IMG/VR virus record: IMGVR_UViG_3300031802_000001
Direction: 5' to 3' (one strand)
DNA length: 20,000 nt
DNA from: an uncultured virus (IMG/VR IMGVR_UViG_3300031802_000001)
Taxonomy: Duplodnaviria > Heunggongvirae > Uroviricota > Caudoviricetes
The position numbers were made by a program, and so were the translations under genes. Below, piece by piece: positions 8,909 to 17,186 of this stretch. How positions within the stretch are numbered: position 1 is the first letter of the stretch; the number at the start of each line of letters is the position of its first letter. The notes under the pieces were generated by a model that was given only the letters and a program-made list of their open reading frames with translations, ran no database searches and had not been told where the DNA came from.

Positions 8909-10108
8909 TTACTTAATAGACAATTTAATGTCTTTTGTTTTGCTTATAGCGGCGCTGTAAGCAGCCATAGCTTTTGATAAATCCTCGTTAGAAGATTCAC
9001 CTGCCGCCACATCATCTAGTGACTCTTTTGTTTCAGTTTTCTTTCCAAAATAAGAATCTTTAACAGTTTCTAATTTCTTCGTGTAGTCTGTAGCATTAGA
9101 GTATTCAATTTCTTCGGCAAGTTTAGCAAATTTTTCTTTTGATGTATCAGCAAGGTCTTCGGAAACTTTAGATTTAATTTCATCTTTAGTTTTTGATCCA
9201 ACTTCCTTGTTTAAATCAACATTTTTTTGAATTTGCTCATTGAGGTCTTTTTCCAATTTTTCAATTTTATCTGCTTGGTCTTCTAGCACATTATATTTTT
9301 CATCTGGAACATCAATGTAATGGTCTTCAAATAATTTTTTCAAACCATTAATAAAGTCTTCAGCAATTTCTCCCTTAATACCACGTTCAAGAGCGATTTC
9401 GTTTTCTTTCATCCACTCTTCAACAACATAAGAAAGGTAAGAATCAACTTTTTCAGTTAATTCAGCTTTTGCTTTAGCACTTTCTTGCTCAAACTTGTTA
9501 GTATAATCTGTTTCCATTTCTTCTTCAATTTCTTTTACTTTTGATTTAATTGCAGCTTCAAAAATGGTTGCAGCCTTCGTCTTAAATTCATCGGTTAAGT
9601 CTTTCTCTCCAGCGACAAGAGCGTCAACGTGTTCTTTTACGTCAATGTCTTTTTTCTTTTCATCTTTCTTTTCATCATCTTCTACTCTTACCTCAGCACC
9701 ATCAGATTTTTCTTTCTTCTTATCATCGCTATTTTCTTTTTTCTCTTTGCCTTTTTTAGCGTCAATAGCTTTCTGTAGAGCTGGTGGTAATTCGCCTTCC
9801 TTAATTTCTTTACCGTCTTTAGTTTCTTTTGATTCTCCCTTTAATTTAGGCATACCATCAGGTGCACCTTGTGATTTTTGTGGAGCTTGTCCAGAAACTT
9901 TTTTAATCTTTTTAGTTGCGTCAGGATTGCTGTCTGTAGGTTTAACTACTGCTTTGCCTAAATCTTCATATGGCGCTTTACCTGCAATATGAGAAGGTTC
10001 AGCCGCAACAGCATTCTTTTTAGGAGCATCCGCTTGTGGATTAGGTGAATTCGCCTCGTCCACAGCATTAGCTTCCAACGCTTCTAATCTTTTTTCTATG
10101 TCGGCCAT
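8909..10108 (-). CDS. gp22: gp22 prohead core scaffold protein
   Basis: FKTKAATIFEAAI, KVDSYLSYVVEEWMKENEIA, FINGLKKLFEDHYIDVP; long K/E/D-rich N-terminal region; lies between gp21 and gp23. Confidence 0.95.
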   Translation of the reverse strand: MADIEKRLEALEANAVDEANSPNPQADAPKKNAVAAEPSHIAGKAPYEDLGKAVVKPTDSNPDATKKIKKVSGQAPQKSQGAPDGMPKLKGESKETKDGKEIKEGELPPALQKAIDAKKGKEKKENSDDKKKEKSDGAEVRVEDDEKKDEKKKDIDVKEHVDALVAGEKDLTDEFKTKAATIFEAAIKSKVKEIEEEMETDYTNKFEQESAKAKAELTEKVDSYLSYVVEEWMKENEIALERGIKGEIAEDFINGLKKLFEDHYIDVPDEKYNVLEDQADKIEKLEKDLNEQIQKNVDLNKEVGSKTKDEIKSKVSEDLADTSKEKFAKLAEEIEYSNATDYTKKLETVKDSYFGKKTETKESLDDVAAGESSNEDLSKAMAAYSAAISKTKDIKLSIK

Positions 10109-10169
10109 ATAAGAAATCTCCTTAATTAAAATAAACGTTTATTTTATTATTTCTCTCGTTATTAATAGA

Positions 10170-10177
10170 TATTTATA
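10170..10177 (-). promoter_or_regulatory. T4-type late promoter for gp22-gp23
   Basis: Exact TATAAATA in the gp21-gp22 intergenic region. Confidence 0.85.
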
Positions 10178-10180
10178 CAA

Positions 10181-10825
10181 TTACAGTTTTTCAATGAACT
10201 TTTTAAAGACTTCCGCTTGAGCTTCAGCTAAACGTATTCTTTTTGCTTCATTTATATACTGTTTCCACTCTTCAATATCTTTCTCTTTTATAATTCCATT
10301 GTCCCATACCCAATCTTTGCCTTCCATAATGCCTTCTACGAAAGCGTCTGGAGCACTAGGGTCTGCTACAATGTCAGCAGCAGTTGCAAGGTAAAAATCT
10401 CTTCCTACTTCGTTAACACCACTTCTACGCACCAATGAACCCATACCTCTTGAAGACACTCCTAATTGAGCACCTTCATTGATAAGATTTTTTACTATCT
10501 TACCATATGGTGTATCCATAATTTTTGCTTCACCAATAAAATTTCCTCCATCTGGATGTAAGTCTGTAATCATATGACTTACTCTTTCAAGATTTACAAC
10601 TGGTCCGTCAGGATGTCCTAACTCACCAAAAGCACGTCTTTTATTGATAAATTCTCTATTGTATCTTGATACTTCTTTTTCTAATATCTCTTTAGGATAG
10701 ATTCGTCCATTCCTATTTTTGATATCTGCTTGTAAAAAGACACCTCTAATTTTGTAATTCTTTTTGCCATCAATTTCTTCTATTAGAAATTCTGATTGTA
10801 CGGCTTGTTCTGTAATTAGTTTCAT
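10181..10825 (-). CDS. gp21: gp21 prohead protease
   Basis: MKLITE, NRNGRIYP, GELGHP, GVSSRGMGS, DIVADPSAPDAFV. Confidence 0.97.
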   Translation of the reverse strand: MKLITEQAVQSEFLIEEIDGKKNYKIRGVFLQADIKNRNGRIYPKEILEKEVSRYNREFINKRRAFGELGHPDGPVVNLERVSHMITDLHPDGGNFIGEAKIMDTPYGKIVKNLINEGAQLGVSSRGMGSLVRRSGVNEVGRDFYLATAADIVADPSAPDAFVEGIMEGKDWVWDNGIIKEKDIEEWKQYINEAKRIRLAEAQAEVFKKFIEKL

Positions 10826-10839
10826 TTTCTCTCTCTTAC

Positions 10840-10847
10840 TATTTATA
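10840..10847 (-). promoter_or_regulatory. T4-type late promoter for gp21
   Basis: Exact TATAAATA 14 nt upstream of the gp21 ATG. Confidence 0.85.
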
Positions 10848-10854
10848 AGATTTT

Positions 10855-11247
10855 TTATCTAAATTCAACGATTAATGAGTAGTTATCACCATTAGCAAAG
10901 TTCTTTGTACTTAACAATACATCACCTGTAGGTGTAGTAGCGTTGTTTGTAAAACTGTTTCCATCGGTTCTAAAATCCATAAATCCTTGTCCTGATAAAA
11001 ATAAGGCAGTAGCAGTTGTAGCACCGTCCCATATTAATTCTACTCCTGATTTATTATCAGACGCATTAATAGAATAATAAATTCTTGCTATAGCTCTAGC
11101 ACCATCTTCGGACATAAAAGTTGTTTCTGAAGCGTCAATTTTTTTAATTAAAATCTCTCCAGAACCATCTGATATGTTAGTCAATTTAATTACATACTTT
11201 ACACCAGACGTATCTGCTATTATTTGTGTTGTTACTGTATCTGCCAT
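10855..11247 (-). CDS. Hypothetical beta-rich protein, probable virion head component
   Basis: 130 aa ORF in the head module, co-oriented and tightly packed; similar by eye to the neighbouring 122 aa ORF. Confidence 0.7.
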   Translation of the reverse strand: MADTVTTQIIADTSGVKYVIKLTNISDGSGEILIKKIDASETTFMSEDGARAIARIYYSINASDNKSGVELIWDGATTATALFLSGQGFMDFRTDGNSFTNNATTPTGDVLLSTKNFANGDNYSLIVEFR

Positions 11248-11248
11248 C

Positions 11249-11617
11249 TTAATTAAATCCTGATTCTTTCCGACACCTTAATACTAAATTAAATTTAGAT
11301 ACGTTAGCGTCTGATTTTACAAATATTCGTCCTTCTTTATCTGTAGTTTCTGTTTCAATTTTATTTTCATTTTTTTTAAGTCCATAATTACCACGACCTG
11401 TTAATTCTAAAATTTCTCTCTCATCAAATAATAATGTAACCTTGCCTGTGCCTAATATTTCGTGGTGTACATTTACAACCGATACTCTCGGTTCACTTGT
11501 AGAGTCAATTAATTTTGTTACATCAAGTGCTTCTTGACTATCTTCATTTACACTTCCAGTTACCGTACTAATAACTTTTGTTTTATCATCAACTAAATTT
11601 TTTGCTACAACTGTCAT
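11249..11617 (-). CDS. Hypothetical protein, apparent paralog of 10855..11247
   Basis: 122 aa; TAATG stop/start coupling with the upstream ORF; shared pattern VTLLFD/VELIWD and LTGRG/LSGQG. Confidence 0.7.
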   Translation of the reverse strand: MTVVAKNLVDDKTKVISTVTGSVNEDSQEALDVTKLIDSTSEPRVSVVNVHHEILGTGKVTLLFDEREILELTGRGNYGLKKNENKIETETTDKEGRIFVKSDANVSKFNLVLRCRKESGFN

Positions 11618-12411
11618 TAAAATCCTACGTGTGTAGCGTCATAAAAATCTTTAGATAATTCACCACGTTCTATTGTTGTTGAAGCACTTGCTTCAGTTTT
11701 TATATATCTTCTTAAATTTGGACCTTCATTAAGCATAGCTCCCCACAAAAAAAGAGAACCTTCATTATCAGTTACAGTTGGCGAACCATCTGTTTCGGTG
11801 GGTCCGAATATAATTACACTATTCGTATTTGTAACATTTGAGGGATTTGCACTTACTGAACATCTATACCAACCATTTCCTACATCTACCATTGAAGCAG
11901 TATGGTTACCGTGAGTTGTTCCAATAGTTCCAGTAGATAAATTAAACCAAGTTTTTAAATGCCAAGCACTTGAAATACGTTCATTAATCATAAGAAAATT
12001 CCTATTAGCACTAATTTTTGCATACATAGATATAGTATAAACAGTTCCAGAGGTTGAGGTAAGATTTACATTCCTTAAATGAGATAAATCAGCATTAGTT
12101 TGTCCAGAATTTTGTTGTAGTTTATCAGCTGTCATTGATCCATCTGGTGCTATTGTATTATCAGCTGCTGTTGAGCTGGCTATATCTTGCCAATCTGAAT
12201 GTTCAAATTGTTCTGAATAAGTAAATAAATTAATTTCACCTTTTAATCTTGTTCTAGCATAAATTTCATTTACTTGACCAGTTCCAGGAGTTGTGAAAGT
12301 TCTTATACCTCCTGAATATACTCCAGGTGCGTCTGCATATGTATTAGCTGCCGTAGCAGCATTTTCATACTCTAAAGTATTATTTGAACCTGCTACATCT
12401 ACCCAAGCCAT
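11617..12411 (-). CDS. Hypothetical structural protein containing a head-spike/fiber-like (carbohydrate-binding-like) beta domain
   Basis: NLFTYSEQF..W ... APDGSMTADKL ... YTISMYAK ... VGNGWYRCSV ... LWGAML.EG...RYIKT resembles a domain seen in phage fiber/spike proteins; GGAG RBS. Confidence 0.6.
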   Translation of the reverse strand: MAWVDVAGSNNTLEYENAATAANTYADAPGVYSGGIRTFTTPGTGQVNEIYARTRLKGEINLFTYSEQFEHSDWQDIASSTAADNTIAPDGSMTADKLQQNSGQTNADLSHLRNVNLTSTSGTVYTISMYAKISANRNFLMINERISSAWHLKTWFNLSTGTIGTTHGNHTASMVDVGNGWYRCSVSANPSNVTNTNSVIIFGPTETDGSPTVTDNEGSLFLWGAMLNEGPNLRRYIKTEASASTTIERGELSKDFYDATHVGF

Positions 12412-12412
12412 T

Positions 12413-12679
12413 TTACTCTCCTAATTGTTCTTCTACTTCTTTGTCAAAATATTGATATAGTTCTTCTTTATTTATTTTACTATGTTCAGCAACTTTCTCT
12501 ACTGAATTTTCAAACACCTTTATAATATTTCCTGACTGTTTGTTTATTTGCCTTTCAATTAAGTTAAACGTATCTTCTGCTGCCAATTTCATTTTAGGCG
12601 ATAATGCACTAAAACTTTTAGAGTCAAGATACTTACTATCTTCAACTACCTTACTTGTAAACAGTCTTTCTATACTCAT
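12413..12679 (-). CDS. Hypothetical protein (head module)
   Basis: 88 aa ORF coupled (TAATG) to the upstream ORF and co-oriented. Confidence 0.65.
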   Translation of the reverse strand: MSIERLFTSKVVEDSKYLDSKSFSALSPKMKLAAEDTFNLIERQINKQSGNIIKVFENSVEKVAEHSKINKEELYQYFDKEVEEQLGE

Positions 12680-13038
12680 TATACACCTGCGGTTGGTGGA
12701 TTTTCGTGTCCTGGCGCCACCTCTGGTGCTTCAGGTTGTTGTGCTGTCGGTTCTGGTTCTTTTGGTTCAAATGCTATTTCTTTTCCATCTGTATCCATAA
12801 TTTTATCCGTTCTAGGATCTGCCGTTGTTACCGCAGGTTTAGGGTCACTAAATTTTTCAGGTTCAATTCCCTTAAATATTTTTCCTGCAACATCAACTCT
12901 TTGTTTATCCAACGCATTTGCCACTTTATCCCTTAAAGCATCCTTAAATGCTTCTCCAGCTTCTGCATTTCTTCCTTGTTGCAGTTTGCCTATAAACTCC
13001 GCTGTTTTAGTAGGTATACCTTGTTCATTGTCTGCCAT
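12679..13038 (-). CDS. gp67-like prohead core protein
   Basis: Immediately after the portal gene; helical FIGKLQQGRNAEAGEAFKDALRDKVANALDKQRVDVA resembles the T4 gp67 N-terminus; acidic, Pro-rich tail. Confidence 0.6.
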   Translation of the reverse strand: MADNEQGIPTKTAEFIGKLQQGRNAEAGEAFKDALRDKVANALDKQRVDVAGKIFKGIEPEKFSDPKPAVTTADPRTDKIMDTDGKEIAFEPKEPEPTAQQPEAPEVAPGHENPPTAGV

Positions 13039-14567
13039 TAATATTCTCCTTCTATTGTGTCTTTACTAGATTTATATTGTTGCATTGGGTCAGCAATAAT
13101 ACCATCTTTGATTTCTTTTTTAATTTGATTATTAATATCTTCTATTTCTCTATCGTTTTGTCGTAAAACTTTCTTACGAACATACTCTACTGAAAAATAT
13201 CTACCCACATAATCTCTCATTGTATCTGCAAGTCTTAATCGTTCTAACAACATTTCAGAATCTTTTAGTTCAGCAAAGTGTCCATCTTGCAAAAAGTCAT
13301 ATTGAATTACATCCCTTATGATTAACCAATCTTCGTCTGTAATCACAGCCTTTAAAACTAATTGTGTTCTTAAAATATCATTAAAAATTTCTGTAAACTT
13401 CTTTCTCAATCTTTGTACGAATTTTGTAAATTTAAGTTCGTCCCTAGTTATTTCTGTAGAACGTCCTAAATTAAAACCAGATGAAGCTTCTAATCTACTT
13501 GCAGGAACATTTAAAGAACGATAAAGTTTTGCTCTAAAGTATTCTAAATCTCCCATTTCACCAAGATTTTGTCCACCTGGTAAAGTAGTTATATCAGTTC
13601 CTCTTCCACCTTCTCTACTTGGTAACCAAAAGTCTTCAAGCATAGACATATAATTTCTGTCATCTCTAATCTCTCCTGTGTTTGCGTCATAGACAAGTTT
13701 ATTTCTATATCTTGCCATCACATCACGGAGATATTGTTCTGCTTTTACTTTCGGTAAATTACCAACATCAATTTTAAAAATTCTTCTTTCTGGTGCTCTT
13801 GCAATTCTGTATATTACACTTGCGTCCTCAATCATACGTAATTGATTAACAGGTTTAATTGCCTTATGTAAATATGATAAGACCATATTTTTATTTTGGT
13901 CTATTAATCCACTAGGACAAAATGCTATTGCGTCAACAGCAATTTTAATTCCACCAGATGTTGTATTTGTAACACCTTTTTCATTAAATATAAAGTATTC
14001 TTTAACATCATCTATAATATTTAAACCATAAGGAACAGGTCCATCTGGTCTTCTCTTTCTTATTTCTCTAATCTTTTTAATTTTTCTTGGGTCTACATAT
14101 CTTAATTCTGTAATACCTTTTCTTGTAGATTCAGGATCAATTACTTTATGAAAGTATAATCTTCCATCTACGTACCATCTCCTAAAGATATCGTGCCCTT
14201 TAGTATGGAAGTTCATTAGTCTTAAAACTTCTCTAAATTCGTCTTCTATTTTTCGTCTAACATCTTTACCGAATGGTAACTGTTCTAGGTTTAATCTTAT
14301 TGCATCCTTGAGTTCGTTTGCAACAATTGATTCATTTATGATATCCTCAATTGCCATATCGCACTCGGGATGTAAAGCGATTTCTCTATAACGTCTGATA
14401 AGGTCTTGCTCAGTCTTTGACTGGCCTTCCATATCCAAGTATTGACCATAATACCCACCAGCGGCGATGGTTTGAGTTCCATCGTCCGCTTGTGGTTGTG
14501 TAAATGCTTGCTTTGGATCTAAAGGTTTTTTAACCCTTGTTATAGAAAATCCAAATAATTCAGCCAT
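13038..14567 (-). CDS. gp20: gp20 portal protein
   Basis: MAELFGFSI, FRRWYVDGRLY, LHKAIKPVNQLRMIEDA, YRIARAPERRIF, EDFWLPSREGGRGTDITTLPGGQNLG. Confidence 0.98.
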   Translation of the reverse strand: MAELFGFSITRVKKPLDPKQAFTQPQADDGTQTIAAGGYYGQYLDMEGQSKTEQDLIRRYREIALHPECDMAIEDIINESIVANELKDAIRLNLEQLPFGKDVRRKIEDEFREVLRLMNFHTKGHDIFRRWYVDGRLYFHKVIDPESTRKGITELRYVDPRKIKKIREIRKRRPDGPVPYGLNIIDDVKEYFIFNEKGVTNTTSGGIKIAVDAIAFCPSGLIDQNKNMVLSYLHKAIKPVNQLRMIEDASVIYRIARAPERRIFKIDVGNLPKVKAEQYLRDVMARYRNKLVYDANTGEIRDDRNYMSMLEDFWLPSREGGRGTDITTLPGGQNLGEMGDLEYFRAKLYRSLNVPASRLEASSGFNLGRSTEITRDELKFTKFVQRLRKKFTEIFNDILRTQLVLKAVITDEDWLIIRDVIQYDFLQDGHFAELKDSEMLLERLRLADTMRDYVGRYFSVEYVRKKVLRQNDREIEDINNQIKKEIKDGIIADPMQQYKSSKDTIEGEY

Positions 14568-14593
14568 AATTAATTCTCCTTAAATTGCACTAC

Positions 14594-14601
14594 TATTTAT
14601 A
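14594..14601 (-). promoter_or_regulatory. T4-type late promoter for gp20
   Basis: Exact TATAAATA in the gp19-gp20 intergenic region, followed by an AGGAG RBS. Confidence 0.85.
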
Positions 14602-14608
14602 GTGGTTT

Positions 14609-15136
14609 TTAAGTAGTTGTATTACTTTCAAAGTATTGGAACGCTAAGGTAACATCTGTTGCTGATATATCGCTTTTTTCTGCATAATCTAAAGCAATAG
14701 GGTTGACTGTTACAGGAAATACACCTCTTAAAGTGTATGACTTAATCGTATTGCCGTTTCTATCTAATTGGTCAATAAAAGCGTCAACTTGATAGTCAAC
14801 TGGATTTGTTAATCCTTCATTATCAGTCATATTGTTAATACCGTTCATCCATCTTTCAAATGCATTACGCAATTTGAAATTAGTATCATTTATTACTTTG
14901 ATAGTCCAATCCGCAATTGTTCTATCTCCAGCAATTTTTATTGCCCGACCTCTAAAAGGTATCGGGATAGCTGCTATTGCCATACCTGGCAATTCAGCAG
15001 CACTACATAAAAATGCTAGGTCTTCTATTTCTCCACCAACTTGAGCGTAACCAGGAAAAGGCATTACTACCTTATACTGATTGGATCTTGCGCCGCCGCC
15101 CGAAAGTTTAGCTTTGAAGTCATTTATGTTTGCCAT
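14609..15136 (-). CDS. gp19: gp19 tail tube protein
   Basis: GGGARSNQY, FRGRAIKIAGDRT, WTIKVINDTNF, FERWMNGIN, QLDRNG; lies between gp18 and gp20. Confidence 0.96.
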   Translation of the reverse strand: MANINDFKAKLSGGGARSNQYKVVMPFPGYAQVGGEIEDLAFLCSAAELPGMAIAAIPIPFRGRAIKIAGDRTIADWTIKVINDTNFKLRNAFERWMNGINNMTDNEGLTNPVDYQVDAFIDQLDRNGNTIKSYTLRGVFPVTVNPIALDYAEKSDISATDVTLAFQYFESNTTT

Positions 15137-15160
15137 TTTATTTCTCCTATTCTATCCTTT

Positions 15161-17074
15161 TTAGCCTGCGACCTCTTCAAATGATACGCCTGTTCTAGTC
15201 GCAACAAATGAAAGTGTAATAAAGTTAATGCTTCGTGCTGGTTTAACAAAAATTTCAGCAACGAATTCATTTCTATCTACTACTTCGCCTGTGTTGTTAG
15301 TTTCATCACAAACTACTAAAAAGTCTGTGATACCTCTTCGTCCTTGTACTTCTCTTAAAAATGGTTCTACCATATTTCTAAAACCAGCTCTTGTAAATTC
15401 ATCATTGAATTCAAAAAGTTGGACTTTAGAAGCAGTTGATATTGCCTTTTCTAAAACGATAAACAATCTTCGTACATTGACTCTGTCAAATGCCGAAGGC
15501 GCTGATAATCCAGTTTTATCACCGAATAATACAGTTCCTTGTCCTGGGAATGTTGTCACAGGATTTATTCTTGCTCTGTATAATTCATCTCTTTGATTTT
15601 TAGTTGGATTAAATGCTAGTTTAACTGCACCTCTTACAATACCTCTATTTAAGCCTGCAGGTGAATACCAAGCGTCTGCTATTAAGTCAGTTCTTGCAGT
15701 CAATCCTGCTGTGTCGCCATTTAAAGGTACATATCTGTACACGTCATTATATCTATCGTACATATATTTGTAACCACTATCAAAAAATACATAACTAGAT
15801 GATCCTACTCCGTTAAAAAACGAAACAACATTATCTTTTTGTGTGTTAGTATTTGATATATTAACTACATCACTTCTTTCTGGAGAAGCGAATACTACAC
15901 AGTCTTTTCTATTTTCTGCAATAGTAATTAAGTTATCTATATGTGTTGCGTCACCTGAACCTGCAACGAGTAATCCAACATCTGTTGTTTCAGAGTCTTG
16001 GAATTTTTCATAAGCAGATTTAACTTGAGCAGTTGTAGCAACATCTCCATCTGCACCATTTATTAATGATACATTACTTACAGAAGTTACGTCTGTAAAT
16101 GTAGTACTTGTTGCTGTATTGCCCCAATTAGAACCAGAAGCGTTGTGATCCATCCAAAAAATGTAATTTGATTGATTGTAAATTACATCTGAATAATAAT
16201 TAGTATCACCTTGTGGTGTTTTAGCGTCTGAAGCTTTTGATACTGCTTCAAATTTTTCTAAAATTGACCCTTTAGTTCCACTAATATCACCATCTTCGTC
16301 AATGATTGCTATATGTACTTCATCATTGACCCCACCTCTTGCTTGTGCATAAGGTGATGTTCCTGGTGCCTTGTCAAAAATATCATAATATCTCCATCTA
16401 CGTCTTACAGCAGGCGTTCCAGTAATTGCCGATTGTAATCCAGAGGAGTTAGTTGTTCCATAGTAAGAAGGTTCTTCTTTTCTTACAATGCTTAAGTCAT
16501 TAGTTGCAACACTAACAACTCTATATTCATATTCATCACCAAAGTTAACTATATCTCCAGCACCAATTCCTGTACCAGAAGCAACTGTTACAACTGTAGC
16601 ACCAACGGAAGCCGCTGTTGCTGTTGTTTTACTTGCTTCTTCGTAAGCAGTAGCAGAAGCACATTGAGAAACACTTAAATTATTTCCCCACGCACCTGCT
16701 GTTCTACTTGCCCACATTCCTACAGAAGCTGAACCGTCAGCATAATTATCTTGGTAATCAGTAGTATTTTTTATGACAAATGCACTACCACTTTCAGTTG
16801 CATTTGACACATTAGCATTCTGTACACGAACAATCCTCAAAGAATTTGAGTATTGTAAAAAATTTGAAGCACTAAAAAAACTCTCAAAGTTTGAGCTATC
16901 TGGTTTTCCAAATGTAGATACTAACTCACTTTCGCTACCGATACTTACAACTTCATCAAGAGGTCCTTTACTAAATTGTCCAGCAAAAGCTCCAGTTGAC
17001 GTTGATACGGCAGGAATGATTCTTGTTAAATCTTTTTCCTGTACGAGAACACCTGGTGATACTTGAAATGCCAT
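15161..17074 (-). CDS. gp18: gp18 contractile tail sheath protein
   Basis: MAFQVSPGVLVQEKDLT, WYSPAGLNRG, FDRVNVRRLF, FEFNDEFTR, IFVKPARSINFITLSFVATRTGVSFEE. Confidence 0.98.
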   Translation of the reverse strand: MAFQVSPGVLVQEKDLTRIIPAVSTSTGAFAGQFSKGPLDEVVSIGSESELVSTFGKPDSSNFESFFSASNFLQYSNSLRIVRVQNANVSNATESGSAFVIKNTTDYQDNYADGSASVGMWASRTAGAWGNNLSVSQCASATAYEEASKTTATAASVGATVVTVASGTGIGAGDIVNFGDEYEYRVVSVATNDLSIVRKEEPSYYGTTNSSGLQSAITGTPAVRRRWRYYDIFDKAPGTSPYAQARGGVNDEVHIAIIDEDGDISGTKGSILEKFEAVSKASDAKTPQGDTNYYSDVIYNQSNYIFWMDHNASGSNWGNTATSTTFTDVTSVSNVSLINGADGDVATTAQVKSAYEKFQDSETTDVGLLVAGSGDATHIDNLITIAENRKDCVVFASPERSDVVNISNTNTQKDNVVSFFNGVGSSSYVFFDSGYKYMYDRYNDVYRYVPLNGDTAGLTARTDLIADAWYSPAGLNRGIVRGAVKLAFNPTKNQRDELYRARINPVTTFPGQGTVLFGDKTGLSAPSAFDRVNVRRLFIVLEKAISTASKVQLFEFNDEFTRAGFRNMVEPFLREVQGRRGITDFLVVCDETNNTGEVVDRNEFVAEIFVKPARSINFITLSFVATRTGVSFEEVAG

Positions 17075-17116
17075 TAGGTTTTCTCCTTTTAATTAGCTAA
17101 TTTAATTTTAAAATAA

Positions 17117-17158
17117 TCAAAACTCGTAAGTTTTCTTACGCCCATAGTCAAATCTCAT
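17117..17158 (-). other. Candidate 13-aa upstream ORF (MRFDYGRKKTYEF) containing a hairpin, in the gp18 leader
   Basis: ATG 9 nt downstream of TATAAATA, TGA at 17119-17117; CGTAAG-AAAA-CTTACG stem-loop at 17125-17140. Confidence 0.3.
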
Positions 17159-17167
17159 TACTACGGA

Positions 17168-17175
17168 TATTTATA
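17168..17175 (-). promoter_or_regulatory. T4-type late promoter for gp18-gp19
   Basis: Exact TATAAATA just after the gp17 stop codon. Confidence 0.85.
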
Positions 17176-17186
17176 ATTTGCGTAAA

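Noticed and set aside
13069..13076. TATAAATC near-match late promoter upstream of the gp67-like gene
   Set aside because: Mismatch at a conserved position, inside coding sequence; the gene is already coupled to gp20.
14588..14604. CACTA...TAGTG inverted repeat around the gp20 late promoter as a terminator
   Set aside because: Only a 5-bp stem with no convincing U-tract following on the coding strand.
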